DNA from: Candidatus Bathyarchaeia archaeon
GTDB lineage: Archaea > Thermoproteota > Bathyarchaeia > TCS64
Assembly: GCA_050014495.1 (NCBI GenBank)
Contig: JBEKDF010000006.1
Span: 1-64,000 of the forward strand
Length of the DNA stretch: 64,000 bases
Reading direction: 5' to 3'
A program made the translations under genes and the position numbers. Below, one piece after another: positions 10,193 to 20,220 of this stretch; the first letter of the stretch is position 1, and each line of letters opens with the position of its first letter. The notes under the pieces were generated by a model that was not told the DNA's origin, did no database searches, and was given only the letters and a program-made list of their open reading frames with translations.

Positions 10193-10402
10193 CAGCTTCA
10201 CATGTATTCTAGACAATGCGTATTTTAATACTGTTAACTCGAATGAATAACATTCAACTAATCAAGATTTTTGCGAATATTTATTCAGAATTAAACCTAT
10301 ATTCCGGATATTACGCCACTTATTCTAGGTTACTCCGGAAGATACACAAAAAACCTATAAGCGATGATGTCTTCTCACGCTCTCATATTTGGTAGGTCCG
10401 CC

Positions 10403-12967
10403 ATGGCTAAGAATCGACAACTGGATCGGGTGGATCATTGGTCGAAATCAGCCAAAGATATACTACTTGAGCTCTCAACAAACGAACAGGGTCTCTCAAG
10501 CCATGAAGCGGAGGAACGACTCAGAAAATATGGTGGCAATGAGTTCGCTAGGCAAACCTTCAGCAGCCTAAAGATTCTCTCAAGGCAACTATTCAATCCC
10601 GTATTCGTGATTCTACTAGCATCGGCTGGAATTACGATCTTCGTTGGGGAGTGGAAACAAACTATCGCAATTTTCGTGATGATTCTACTCGCCGTAGTTC
10701 TCGGGTTCTATAATGAGTATAAAGCTGAGAAGACAGTTGAGAAGCTCAAGCGGACCGTTGCACTAAAGGCACTTGTCAAAAGGGATGGCAAACTAGTCGA
10801 GATTGAAGCGAGCAACATCGTCCCAGGGGACATCGTGTCCTTCACGATCGGGGACATCATACCCGCCGACATGAGAATTTTCAAGGCAGACGACCTCGAA
10901 CTAAACGAATCAACCCTAACCGGTGAATCATTCCCCGTAGAAAAAACGTCGGAACCACTCACGCTAACCTCGCCCACCCCTCAACAGTTGACGAACTACG
11001 TCTTCTCAGGGACCATCGTGGCGCATGGCTCAGGGATCGGCGTAGTAATATCTACCGGAAGGAACACGGAGCTTGGCAACATCTCCCTCGACTTAACACG
11101 CCCACATCCCCTGACCGAGTTCCAAAAGGGACTCAACGGCTACGGGAAGCTCCTACTCTCATTCACAATAATCCTCGGGATCGCGATATTCGCACTGAAC
11201 ATAATCATCGGCCGACCAATGATCGACGCCCTCCTCTTCGCACTAGCGGTAGCGATCGGCCTCGTCCCCGAGATGATGCCTGCGATCGTCACAATCTGCG
11301 TCTCCAGGGGCGCTTCAAAAATGGCGAAGAAGCAGGTAATCGTGAAGCGCCTCGTGTCAATAGAGGACTTCGGTAACATGGACGTGCTCTGCACCGATAA
11401 GACGGGCACACTCACTGAGGGCAAGATCAGCCTACGTGAATACGATACAATCGGGGGTCAAGATGAACCGCGACTCGCCGAATACTCGTTATTATGTAAC
11501 TCAGCTGCAGTCGGCGACCAAATCGCAGGAAACCCAATGGATGTCGCAATCTGGCAATACGCCAAGAAAAAAGCTCTCGAAGGAGTAATCGAGCCCTACC
11601 AAAAACTCGAGGAGATATCCTTCGATTACAAGCGTCGAATGCTATCCGTCGTTGCGAAAAAGGGTGATGAACTCACCTTCATCACGAAGGGTGCCCCTGA
11701 GTCGGTTCTCAAGAAGTGCACGAACGTAGATAGGGGACATGATATTGAGCCGATAGATAAGGAACTGATGGCGATAAACTCTCGAATAAATGAGGCTTCG
11801 ACGTCTGGTTACAGGATCCTGGCAATCGCATATAAATCAATCAAGGCTCAGCCCAGATACGGCGTATCGGATGAGGAGAACCTCACCCTCCTCGGCTTCC
11901 TCACTTTCACCGATGAGCCGAAGAAGGATGCCATGGAAGCGTTCCAGAAACTCAAGGATTTCAACGTTGATGTGAAGATCCTCACCGGTGACAACGAACT
12001 CGTCGCCAGGAAGATCTGCGAGGAAATAGGCATCCCAGTGAGGAGGGTCGTGAATGGAGCCGAGTTAGCTACACTGAGCGCCACTGAAGCTGCAAAGGCG
12101 GTCGAGGAGGCTAACCTCTTCGCCCGCATAACCCCCGATCAGAAACTCGACATCATAAAGGCGCTAAAGGCGAACAAGCACGTGGTGGGCTTCCTGGGTG
12201 ACGGGGTGAACGACGCCCCAGCCCTTTACGAGGCGGACGTCGGCATCAGCGTCGACTCCGGAGTCGATGTCGCTAAGGAAGCTGCAGACATCGTACTTCT
12301 TGATAAGGACCTTGGTGTCCTCGCGAACGGACTCATCGAGGGCCGCAAAGTGTTCGCGAACACTATGAAGTACGTGCTCATGGGTACCAGTAGTAACTTC
12401 GGAAACATGTTCAGCGCAGCCGCTGCCAGCGTATTCCTACCCTTCCTACCCATGCTGCCCATTCAGATACTCTTCATGAATATTCTATACGACACAGCAA
12501 ACATGACGCTTCCAACGGACAACGTCGACGACGAGCACGTGAAGAGGCCAATGAAGTGGGACGTGGGCTTTATCCGTAAATACACAGTCTTCTTCGGACC
12601 ATTCAGCTCACTGTACGACTTCCTGACCTACGGCATCATGTTGTTCATCTTCGGGGCGTCCCCTGCTCTATTCCAGAGCGGATGGTTCGTCGAGTCCTTC
12701 TGGACTGAGGTCCTAGTTATGTATGTGATTAGAACGAAGCGCGTGCCCTTCTGGACCAGCCGCCCCGGGAAGTGGGTCGTGATATCGACGGTAGGCTGCA
12801 TTATCTTTGGGACACTCCTACCCTTTACGATACTCGGTGGCGCACTGGGCTTCACAGCCCTACCGATACAATACTGGGTGCTACTTCTGCTCATGGTGGT
12901 CACGTATCTCCTTTTAGTGGATATGGGGAAGGTCTTCTTCCTGAAGATCTGCAAGTACGATTGGTGA
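10403..12967 (+). CDS. mgtA: Magnesium-translocating P-type ATPase (type IIIB)
   Basis: TGES, VPEMMP, DKTGTLT, GDGVNDAP, SSNFGNMFS and FQSGWFVES motifs. Confidence 0.93.
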   Translation: MAKNRQLDRVDHWSKSAKDILLELSTNEQGLSSHEAEERLRKYGGNEFARQTFSSLKILSRQLFNPVFVILLASAGITIFVGEWKQTIAIFVMILLAVVLGFYNEYKAEKTVEKLKRTVALKALVKRDGKLVEIEASNIVPGDIVSFTIGDIIPADMRIFKADDLELNESTLTGESFPVEKTSEPLTLTSPTPQQLTNYVFSGTIVAHGSGIGVVISTGRNTELGNISLDLTRPHPLTEFQKGLNGYGKLLLSFTIILGIAIFALNIIIGRPMIDALLFALAVAIGLVPEMMPAIVTICVSRGASKMAKKQVIVKRLVSIEDFGNMDVLCTDKTGTLTEGKISLREYDTIGGQDEPRLAEYSLLCNSAAVGDQIAGNPMDVAIWQYAKKKALEGVIEPYQKLEEISFDYKRRMLSVVAKKGDELTFITKGAPESVLKKCTNVDRGHDIEPIDKELMAINSRINEASTSGYRILAIAYKSIKAQPRYGVSDEENLTLLGFLTFTDEPKKDAMEAFQKLKDFNVDVKILTGDNELVARKICEEIGIPVRRVVNGAELATLSATEAAKAVEEANLFARITPDQKLDIIKALKANKHVVGFLGDGVNDAPALYEADVGISVDSGVDVAKEAADIVLLDKDLGVLANGLIEGRKVFANTMKYVLMGTSSNFGNMFSAAAASVFLPFLPMLPIQILFMNILYDTANMTLPTDNVDDEHVKRPMKWDVGFIRKYTVFFGPFSSLYDFLTYGIMLFIFGASPALFQSGWFVESFWTEVLVMYVIRTKRVPFWTSRPGKWVVISTVGCIIFGTLLPFTILGGALGFTALPIQYWVLLLLMVVTYLLLVDMGKVFFLKICKYDW

Positions 12968-12974
12968 TGATACT

Positions 12975-13286
12975 ATGCTGCCTTACCCTGATCTGTTTGT
13001 CTGGTGGGCCGGAACAATCACGTTTGGTATATTATTCATAGTATGCGTCAGTGCGGTGCTTTATCTTCTCTCAAAGAAGAAGGTAGTAGCCTCAACAAGT
13101 ATAGTAAACGGGTTGATTCTGACTGCTAAGAACTATGCCTTTGTCTGGGTCCTTTTAACGCTTCTAGTTTTATACCTCGTATCAATCGATGGCCAGAATT
13201 ATCTGATGTTTGCTGCAGGTAATGTGGTAATCGAGGTCCTCGTATTTGGGTATCTGTTAGCGACCAGGAAAACGTATCAGGGTTAG
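12975..13286 (+). CDS. Small membrane protein co-oriented with mgtA
   Basis: 103 aa, 3 hydrophobic segments, starts 7 nt after the mgtA stop. Confidence 0.65.
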   Translation: MLPYPDLFVWWAGTITFGILFIVCVSAVLYLLSKKKVVASTSIVNGLILTAKNYAFVWVLLTLLVLYLVSIDGQNYLMFAAGNVVIEVLVFGYLLATRKTYQG

Positions 13287-13299
13287 TCACTCATACGCG

Positions 13300-13421
13300 A
13301 GTGCACCCGCTCCCAGCGCTGATTCCTCGGTGCGGCGCCTCCCAGGCAGCTTATTGAAGAATGCTTCAGACATCTGGCTTCTGCCCGCGTTGTGTACGCA
13401 GATGAAGAGTACAGTTACCAT
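13300..13421 (-). pseudogene. arsC: N-terminal fragment of thioredoxin-type (LMW-PTP) arsenate reductase
   Basis: MVTVLFICVHNAGRSQMSEAFFNKL (CX5R P-loop), then frameshifted RGISAGS, then truncated; divergent from acr3. Confidence 0.85.
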
Positions 13422-13499
13422 CAGATCAACCGCTTTGTTATGTACATATTTATATACTTAGATATAATGTTAGGAGGTAATCGTAAAGGAAGACAAGCA

Positions 13500-14531
13500 T
13501 TGTCTGAGAACGAAGCGAAACTTGGCTGGATCGAGAAGCTCCTAGCCGTATGGATCGTCCTCTGCATAGTAATCGGTCTCGCAATGGGGAAGTATCTACC
13601 CGACCTCAGCAGTAACCTTGGAGTCGGCATACCAATCGGCCTCTTCCTCATGATCTACCCCGCTATGACAAAGATCGAGCTCGGCGAGCTACGAGAGGCC
13701 CTGAAGAGCAAGAGGCAGGTAGCTATCATCGCCTTCTTCAACTACGCCGTCAACCCCTTCCTACTATATGCCCTCGGCTGGGCCTTCTTCGAGAAGATAC
13801 TCCCATACCTCGGGTTAATCACACCCGAGACGGCGCGATTCCTCTGGACAGGATTGATACTGCTAGGCGTAGCTCCCTACATCGCGATGGTACTCGTCTG
13901 GACGGATCTTGCCAAGGGAAATGGCGCCCTCGGCATCGTCCTCATGGTTTGGAACTCAATAATTCAGATTATTACCACTCCACTCTACATCGCCCTCCTC
14001 GTTGGCACCTATATCACCATAGACATCACCCTGATCGGGCAGAGCGTCCTGCTATACCTCGGACTACCACTCCTCTTCGGGGTCCTGAACCGGAGGGAGG
14101 TGATCAAGCGAAAGGGAGCGAACTGGCTCAACCATAGGTTGCTACCATACTTCAGCAAGATGCAGCTCCTCGCCCTCCTCTTCACGATGATAGTAATGTT
14201 CTCCCTGAAGGGCGGCGTAATAATCGATAACCCCAACCTGATCTGGCAGATGGCGATCCCCATCGTCCTCTTCTTCTTCATCCTCTTCAACCTCGTCGAC
14301 TTCGTCACGCGCAGGATGGGGTACAACTACGAGGACAGCGTCACGATGGGCTTCCACTGCACTGGGAGAAACTTCGAGCTCGCAATAGCCATCGCGTTGA
14401 CAGCATTCGCCTCGCTTCCTATGGTCGCGGTCTCAACTGTTGTGGGTCCGCTGATAGAGATACCCGTAATGCTGACGCTCGTATGGCTCGCATTACGTAG
14501 AAGAGACAAGATCAGAATGAAGGTGGGTTAA
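13500..14531 (+). CDS. acr3: Acr3-family arsenite efflux transporter (conserved Cys replaced by Tyr)
   Basis: GLFLMIYPAM, GVAPYIAMVLVW, GRNFELAIA and VVGPLIEIPVM; start TTG 13500 or ATG 13467. Confidence 0.9.
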   Translation: MSENEAKLGWIEKLLAVWIVLCIVIGLAMGKYLPDLSSNLGVGIPIGLFLMIYPAMTKIELGELREALKSKRQVAIIAFFNYAVNPFLLYALGWAFFEKILPYLGLITPETARFLWTGLILLGVAPYIAMVLVWTDLAKGNGALGIVLMVWNSIIQIITTPLYIALLVGTYITIDITLIGQSVLLYLGLPLLFGVLNRREVIKRKGANWLNHRLLPYFSKMQLLALLFTMIVMFSLKGGVIIDNPNLIWQMAIPIVLFFFILFNLVDFVTRRMGYNYEDSVTMGFHCTGRNFELAIAIALTAFASLPMVAVSTVVGPLIEIPVMLTLVWLALRRRDKIRMKVG

Positions 14532-14764
14532 ATTATATATGCGCGCACAAGTGGAGGGACACATCGAGGCGTTCCTAGATAAAATCTCCACCTTCAACAT
14601 AATAGCACTGCATCCGAGGATAGTCGCCAAGGGCTGCAGCGAGGATCGCATCCATCGAGCACTGGAGTGCGCGCGCCTTGCTATTCCATCTTTGGGGAAG
14701 CAACACGATCTAAATAGCGTGATAAATGCTCTAACATAATAGCATCAGGAGCTAAGTACAATCA

Positions 14765-16306
14765 ATGACGCTCCTAACAGTCTACGACGGCGCATCAACT
14801 ATCGGCGGCAACAAGATCTACCTAGAGGAGAAGGGAAGAGGCATCCTACTCGACTTCGGCATGAACTTCGCAAAGTACGGTGAGTACTACCAGGAGTTCC
14901 TCAAGGAGCGTAGCAACAGGGGCATCTACGACCTCATCAACCTCGACATGATCCCAAAGATCAACCTATACCGACAAGATCTGATACCAGCCGACATGGA
15001 CCCAAAGCCATGGCCCAAGCCCAGCGTGGAAGCCGTTCTCATCAGCCACGCCCACCTAGACCACACTGGCAATGTAGGCCTCCTGCGAGGCGACATCCCG
15101 ATAATAGCGAGCACAATCAGCGTGGCCATACTCAAGGCTATGAGGGACACAGCGCCCATCAGCCTCGGCAGTGAGATCAGCTACTATTCGGTGAAGACGC
15201 CTCTCGACGACTGCGGGGGCCTCGTCCTCGAGTCCAAAAGCCGCGGAAGCTACACTGCGCGGGACATGTACCTCTGCACCGAGCCCACCGCGGAGCTGAG
15301 GGACTTCGCATCCCACCGACCAGGAGGCGACTCAAAGAGGGGCAAAGCCGTCGAAGCGGGGGCCGTAGAGCACCACAGTCACCTCAATCTCCCCTTCATA
15401 ATTGAGCCGTATCCAGTGGATCACAGTATCCTCGGTGCAGTCGGCTACATCCTACGAGGCGACACGACAATCTCCTACACGGGCGACTACCGCCTACACG
15501 GTTCAGGAGCCGAGAACACGAGAAAGTTCATCTCAGCTGCGAGGGACTCCTCCACACTTATCACGGAGGGAACACGCGTTGGACGGGAATCAGATGAGGA
15601 GATAACCGAGGGAGACGTCCTCAGAAACTGCCAGGAGGCAGCCGAGGCCGAGATGGGCCTCGTCGTCGCCGACTTCTCCGCACGCAACTTTGAGCGCCTC
15701 CAGACATTCACGGAGATCGCTGACCGAACGAGCAGGACCCTACTAGTCACACCGAAGGACGCCTACATGCTGCACGCCCTCGGCTGCGCAGACGGAAAGT
15801 GCCTCATGGACACTGCTAACATCAGCATATATAACGAACTCCGCAACCACAAAAAAGACAAGTGGGAGACCGAGGTAGTCTCGAAGCTATGGGGAGACAA
15901 ATACGTGAGCCACACCACCATCGGGCAAAGCCCCGATAAGTACCTCCTCTGCTTCTCACTCTTCGACCTCAAACACCTACTCGACATCAAGCCAGCCGGG
16001 GGATCCTACATCTACTCCTCCAGTGAGGCCTTCTCTGAGGAGCAAACATTCGACTTCCAGCGTCTCACACAGTGGCTCAGGTACTTCAACCTCAAACCAG
16101 TCGGCTACACCATGCAGGGCGACAAGCCACAATTCATCAAGGGCTTCCACGCCTCTGGTCACCTCTCACAGGAAGACCTCATCAAGGTCATCGACCAGAT
16201 CGACCCAGACAAGATCATCCCGGTCCACACAGCCAACAAAGACTGGTTCAAGCAAAAATTCGAGAAAACAATCCCAATAAACGATGGCGAAACAATCAAA
16301 CTATAA
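14765..16306 (+). CDS. MBL-fold beta-CASP/RNase J-like hydrolase
   Basis: IGGNKIYLE, LDFG, SHAHLDH, VDHS, YTGD, HASGH and IPVHT motifs. Confidence 0.88.
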   Translation: MTLLTVYDGASTIGGNKIYLEEKGRGILLDFGMNFAKYGEYYQEFLKERSNRGIYDLINLDMIPKINLYRQDLIPADMDPKPWPKPSVEAVLISHAHLDHTGNVGLLRGDIPIIASTISVAILKAMRDTAPISLGSEISYYSVKTPLDDCGGLVLESKSRGSYTARDMYLCTEPTAELRDFASHRPGGDSKRGKAVEAGAVEHHSHLNLPFIIEPYPVDHSILGAVGYILRGDTTISYTGDYRLHGSGAENTRKFISAARDSSTLITEGTRVGRESDEEITEGDVLRNCQEAAEAEMGLVVADFSARNFERLQTFTEIADRTSRTLLVTPKDAYMLHALGCADGKCLMDTANISIYNELRNHKKDKWETEVVSKLWGDKYVSHTTIGQSPDKYLLCFSLFDLKHLLDIKPAGGSYIYSSSEAFSEEQTFDFQRLTQWLRYFNLKPVGYTMQGDKPQFIKGFHASGHLSQEDLIKVIDQIDPDKIIPVHTANKDWFKQKFEKTIPINDGETIKL

Positions 16307-16416
16307 AATTAATGACTTCATTTTACAACAGCTGCATGTGATGAGGCACATTCGTGTGTGATGTGTAAGTTGTTAACCTCCTAGGTTAATATGATCCGAG
16401 AACCCGAGTCTACTCC

Positions 16417-17205
16417 ATGAAGCCAAGTAAGGTTGAACTGATCTATTACTCCCCCACGGGCACCTCGAAGAAGGTACTCGAGGGCGTCGCTAAGGGCCTC
16501 GGGGTCAAGGATGTCGAGCAAATCGACCTGACTCCATACGAAGCAGCCACTAAGAGCTACAGCGTCTCTACTGGGAATCTGGCGGTCATCGCTGTTCCCG
16601 TCTACGGGGGACGCGTCCCAATCGTAGCAGCACAGAGGCTCAAGACAGTCAAGGGAAATGACACACCCGCTGTAATCGTAACACTTTACGGCAATAGGGC
16701 ATTCGAGGACGCTCTGATCGAGCTGAAGGACATCGCCACAGAGCAGGGGTTCAAGCCTTTGGCCGGCGCCGCGTTCATTGGCGAGCACAGTTTCTCCACT
16801 GACGCCACGCCGATAGCCGTGGGTCGCCCCGATAAGGAGGACCTTGTGAAGGCTGAGACCTTCGGCGAGAAGGTGAAGGCCAAGGTTGAGGGCATGGAGA
16901 AACCTGTCGAGGTCAAGGTTCCCGGCAACAAGCCGTACAGGGAGAGGAACCCTATTCCAAAGTCCCCCGAGACCACGCCGGAGACGTGCAACCTCTGCGG
17001 GGCCTGCGCGGAGGTCTGCCCCACGAATGCGATCACCGTCACCGATAAGGTCGAGACTGTGAAGGAGAATTGCTCTGCATGCTCAGCCTGCGTGAAGGCC
17101 TGCCCGACGGGGGCCAGGGTCTGGAAGAACGAGATGGTGAAGAAGGCCTCCCTCATGCTCGTGACCAATTACAGCAAACGCAGGGAGTCAGAGTTCTTCC
17201 TGTAA
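16417..17205 (+). CDS. EFR1-type flavodoxin-fold plus 2x[4Fe-4S] ferredoxin protein
   Basis: YYSPTGTS, PVYGGRVP, YGNRAFEDAL and two CxxCxxCxxxCP motifs. Confidence 0.9.
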   Translation: MKPSKVELIYYSPTGTSKKVLEGVAKGLGVKDVEQIDLTPYEAATKSYSVSTGNLAVIAVPVYGGRVPIVAAQRLKTVKGNDTPAVIVTLYGNRAFEDALIELKDIATEQGFKPLAGAAFIGEHSFSTDATPIAVGRPDKEDLVKAETFGEKVKAKVEGMEKPVEVKVPGNKPYRERNPIPKSPETTPETCNLCGACAEVCPTNAITVTDKVETVKENCSACSACVKACPTGARVWKNEMVKKASLMLVTNYSKRRESEFFL

Positions 17206-17294
17206 GATCTTCATCCCCTTTAGTTGATACCTTATCTGTTTATATTCAATAAAGAAATAGAATTTTCCAAGGAAATGCTTCAGGTGAGAAAGAG

Positions 17295-17672
17295 TTGGCT
17301 GAATTAAAAGTTAAACGAAAGGGGTACTGGAGAGGACCCTACACCTACACACGCAACGGCAAAGTAGTCAATGTTAAGAAGAGTTGGGTCCCCGAGACAA
17401 TGTTCATGACGGAGGATAGAGGTAAACGGGGTAGAACCCCTGAGAGTGAGAAGTTCTTTGAACCTAAGAAACACACCGGTTGGGAAAAAACTCAGGCGAC
17501 AACTATACGCAGAAGCAAACTCCTTGAGGCCACGGATAAGAAAAAGTCGATGCATGACCGCTACGTGGAGGCGGGGAGAATGATTCAGGAACTAGCTAAC
17601 GTGACGACGGACGAGGAGACTAAGACAAAGGCGAAAGAAGACGCCAACTACTTCTTCGAAAAAGCCAAGTAA
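17295..17672 (+). CDS. Hypothetical basic protein
   Basis: 125 aa, K/R-rich, AGGTGA SD upstream of TTG. Confidence 0.7.
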   Translation: MAELKVKRKGYWRGPYTYTRNGKVVNVKKSWVPETMFMTEDRGKRGRTPESEKFFEPKKHTGWEKTQATTIRRSKLLEATDKKKSMHDRYVEAGRMIQELANVTTDEETKTKAKEDANYFFEKAK

Positions 17673-17785
17673 ATAGAGAATGCCCCGAAGAATCTTCGCT
17701 CAAGATAAGCGAAGAAAAGTAAAGAATCCGCCGGGTTTGGCTATTTATCTGACTATATGGTTCGCATTAAAAATACTTCTCGGTA

Positions 17786-18076
17786 CTACGATTGTTTCAC
17801 GTAGTTCATCTGGAGATCCGTGACCATAGATCTCAGTCTCATAGCATCATCGGGAGCTAGATTCAAAGCGATCTTCTCCGTCATGAATGCGACGCAGTCA
17901 ATAGCCGACTTCGCCTTAGCCATATCCTTCACCACTTCGCTCTTACCCGGGGCGAGCCTCAATCCCATGTACTGCCACGCTTTCTCAGACAGAATACCTA
18001 CGAAGAGTCCGAGCAGATCATCGAGCTCGACCGATGTGAGGTCGAGCGGAGCCGATGTATCCTTCGCCTCAGTCAT
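17786..18076 (-). CDS. DUF1844-like protein
   Basis: KAWQYMGL..AKSAID..L..DLQMNYVK pattern. Confidence 0.75.
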   Translation of the reverse strand: MTEAKDTSAPLDLTSVELDDLLGLFVGILSEKAWQYMGLRLAPGKSEVVKDMAKAKSAIDCVAFMTEKIALNLAPDDAMRLRSMVTDLQMNYVKQS

Positions 18077-18299
18077 CTATTCTACCCTCATCTACTTCTT
18101 CGTTTATCCTCTTTGGAGATAAAAATTGATGCTTGGTGCATGTGATAGAATTAAAATAATTCGGGAATTAGAAAATCCATTTTTGTATGCATAAAACATT
18201 CATCGAGACCCTCTCAACTATTTTTTCTAGCTCATCTCCGGGATCATTTTATTCACCGATCAAACATCATATTGAAACACATCTAGGAGCGCAATCGAG

Positions 18300-19289
18300 A
18301 TGAAGGCCAAGTTCGGATACAGGGCCGTTGAGGAACGTTATCAGCCAAGCCAGCTACTCAGATACGCCACCATGGCGGACAAGCAGGGCTTCGAGTTCGT
18401 CTGCATAAGTGACCACTTCCACCCATGGTTCCACAGGGGCGGCTGTGCGGGACAAGCCTGGGTCTGGATCGGCGCAGCTGGGACGGCAACCCGTAATGTC
18501 CGAATCGGAACCGGCGTGACCACATGCATATATCGCTACGATCCCTCAATCGTCGCCCAGACATTCGCGACACTCGACGAACTATACCCAGGAAGAATCT
18601 TCCTCGGCATCGGAACGGGTGAGGCTATGAACGAGATGCCGATGGCCAAACAGGGACAGACTTGGCCACCACACGAGGAGAGACTAGAGAGAACCGTCGA
18701 AGCAGTCGAGATAATCAGGGCACTCTGGGATAGAGACTTCGTGAACTACAACGGCAAATACTACAAGTTGACTGAAGCTAACCTATACACGAAGCCACGT
18801 ACACATATCCCCATCTACTTCGCCGCCTCTGGACCGAAGGCGGCTCGAACAGCGGGACGACTCGGCGACGCATTGATGACCGGGGCTGAATCTGGATCAA
18901 CCAACAAGATATTCTCATGGTTCAACGAGGGTGCGAGAGAAGTAGGGAAGAACCCAGACACGATGCCCAGGATGGTGGAGATGAAGGTCTCATACGGCGA
19001 CGACTTTGAAAAGGCATTGGAGTCGACGTTAATGTGGCTCCCAGTGAAGAACTCACTCAACATATCCGACCCCAGGGAACTAGACCGACTCAGGATCGGG
19101 GTCGACCCCAAGGTGCTATCCAATACCGTGTTCACCGACCTTGACCACCTCATCCACGAGATCGAGAACCTAATCAAGATGGGTTTCACAGAGGTCCAGT
19201 TAAGCAGCAACAGCCCAGATGAGGAGAAGCTGATCAGGGACTTCGGAGAGAAGGCTCTACCCTACCTAAAGGAAACCTATTCAAAATAA
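18300..19289 (+). CDS. F420-dependent LLM-class oxidoreductase (G6PDH-like family)
   Basis: SDHFHPW, GTGVT, LGIGTGEAMNE and AASGPKAA motifs. Confidence 0.9.
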   Translation: MKAKFGYRAVEERYQPSQLLRYATMADKQGFEFVCISDHFHPWFHRGGCAGQAWVWIGAAGTATRNVRIGTGVTTCIYRYDPSIVAQTFATLDELYPGRIFLGIGTGEAMNEMPMAKQGQTWPPHEERLERTVEAVEIIRALWDRDFVNYNGKYYKLTEANLYTKPRTHIPIYFAASGPKAARTAGRLGDALMTGAESGSTNKIFSWFNEGAREVGKNPDTMPRMVEMKVSYGDDFEKALESTLMWLPVKNSLNISDPRELDRLRIGVDPKVLSNTVFTDLDHLIHEIENLIKMGFTEVQLSSNSPDEEKLIRDFGEKALPYLKETYSK

Positions 19290-19299
19290 CCCTACATCA

Positions 19300-20076
19300 T
19301 CATCCCTTTTTCGGGGTGTAGAGATACTTTTCCCCAACTTTCAGGATCTGGCAGTCCGGGTCAGCACCAGTAGCCAACAAGCGGGTCCTGAATCTCACCG
19401 GATCATCCGTGTTTTCCTCAAACATGCCATAGTGATTGGGTACGACGACTCGAGGGCGCAGCAGTCGGGTGAGCTTCACGGCCTCGTCGATCCCCATGTT
19501 CCCCATGCCCCCATTTATGCAGACGAACATGAGGTCGATAGGGTGCTTACTCAGGTAGAAGAGGAACTCGTGGAAGCCAGTGTCCCCGCTGTGGTAGATG
19601 TTGACGCCATCCTCAGTTGTTATGATGAAGCCCTCCGAGTCGAGCACCGTGTCATCGGTGGGGATGCAGAATGTGCCCCTGAGGCGGATGCCATCTAGAT
19701 CAATATAGTCCCCCACGTTCACCTCCCTGAATGAGGCCTTCTTCCCACTAATCTTCTCGAGGCTCACGATCACATTCTTTGGCCCAATGAATGTCTTGAT
19801 GCGCCCATCAGGTATCTTCCCAATCGTCTCGAGGTCCGCGTGGTCACTATGGTTGTGTGTGCAGATGTAGAGATCGCACTCTATCTCCTCAGGCTCTATG
19901 GGCGGAGGCATCATCCTTCTATTACCCCCAGATAGGTAGGCGTCAATGATCAACACCCTCCCCTTCGGAGTCTTCATTATGTATCCCGCTTGGCCTATCC
20001 ACCAGATCGCCACCTGGCCCGATTCGACTCGTGTGGACCTCACCTCATCCATGAGCGAAGTCTGTCGAGGAGTCAT
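19300..20076 (-). CDS. MBL-fold hydrolase, UlaG-like
   Basis: WWIGQAG, IDAYLS, THNHSDH, YHSGDT, GNMG and PNHY motifs. Confidence 0.88.
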   Translation of the reverse strand: MTPRQTSLMDEVRSTRVESGQVAIWWIGQAGYIMKTPKGRVLIIDAYLSGGNRRMMPPPIEPEEIECDLYICTHNHSDHADLETIGKIPDGRIKTFIGPKNVIVSLEKISGKKASFREVNVGDYIDLDGIRLRGTFCIPTDDTVLDSEGFIITTEDGVNIYHSGDTGFHEFLFYLSKHPIDLMFVCINGGMGNMGIDEAVKLTRLLRPRVVVPNHYGMFEENTDDPVRFRTRLLATGADPDCQILKVGEKYLYTPKKG

Positions 20077-20220
20077 GGCTCTTAATAGTGCCGAGTTGTT
20101 TTTGAGTTTTTATAGTAGACAGGCAAATAGTGATGCCCTATCGCGTTTATGATGAAAATATGTTCCAACTTCAAATTCTCATGATCGAAGGGTAAGCCCT
20201 AGCAATACAAGCGCGCATTG

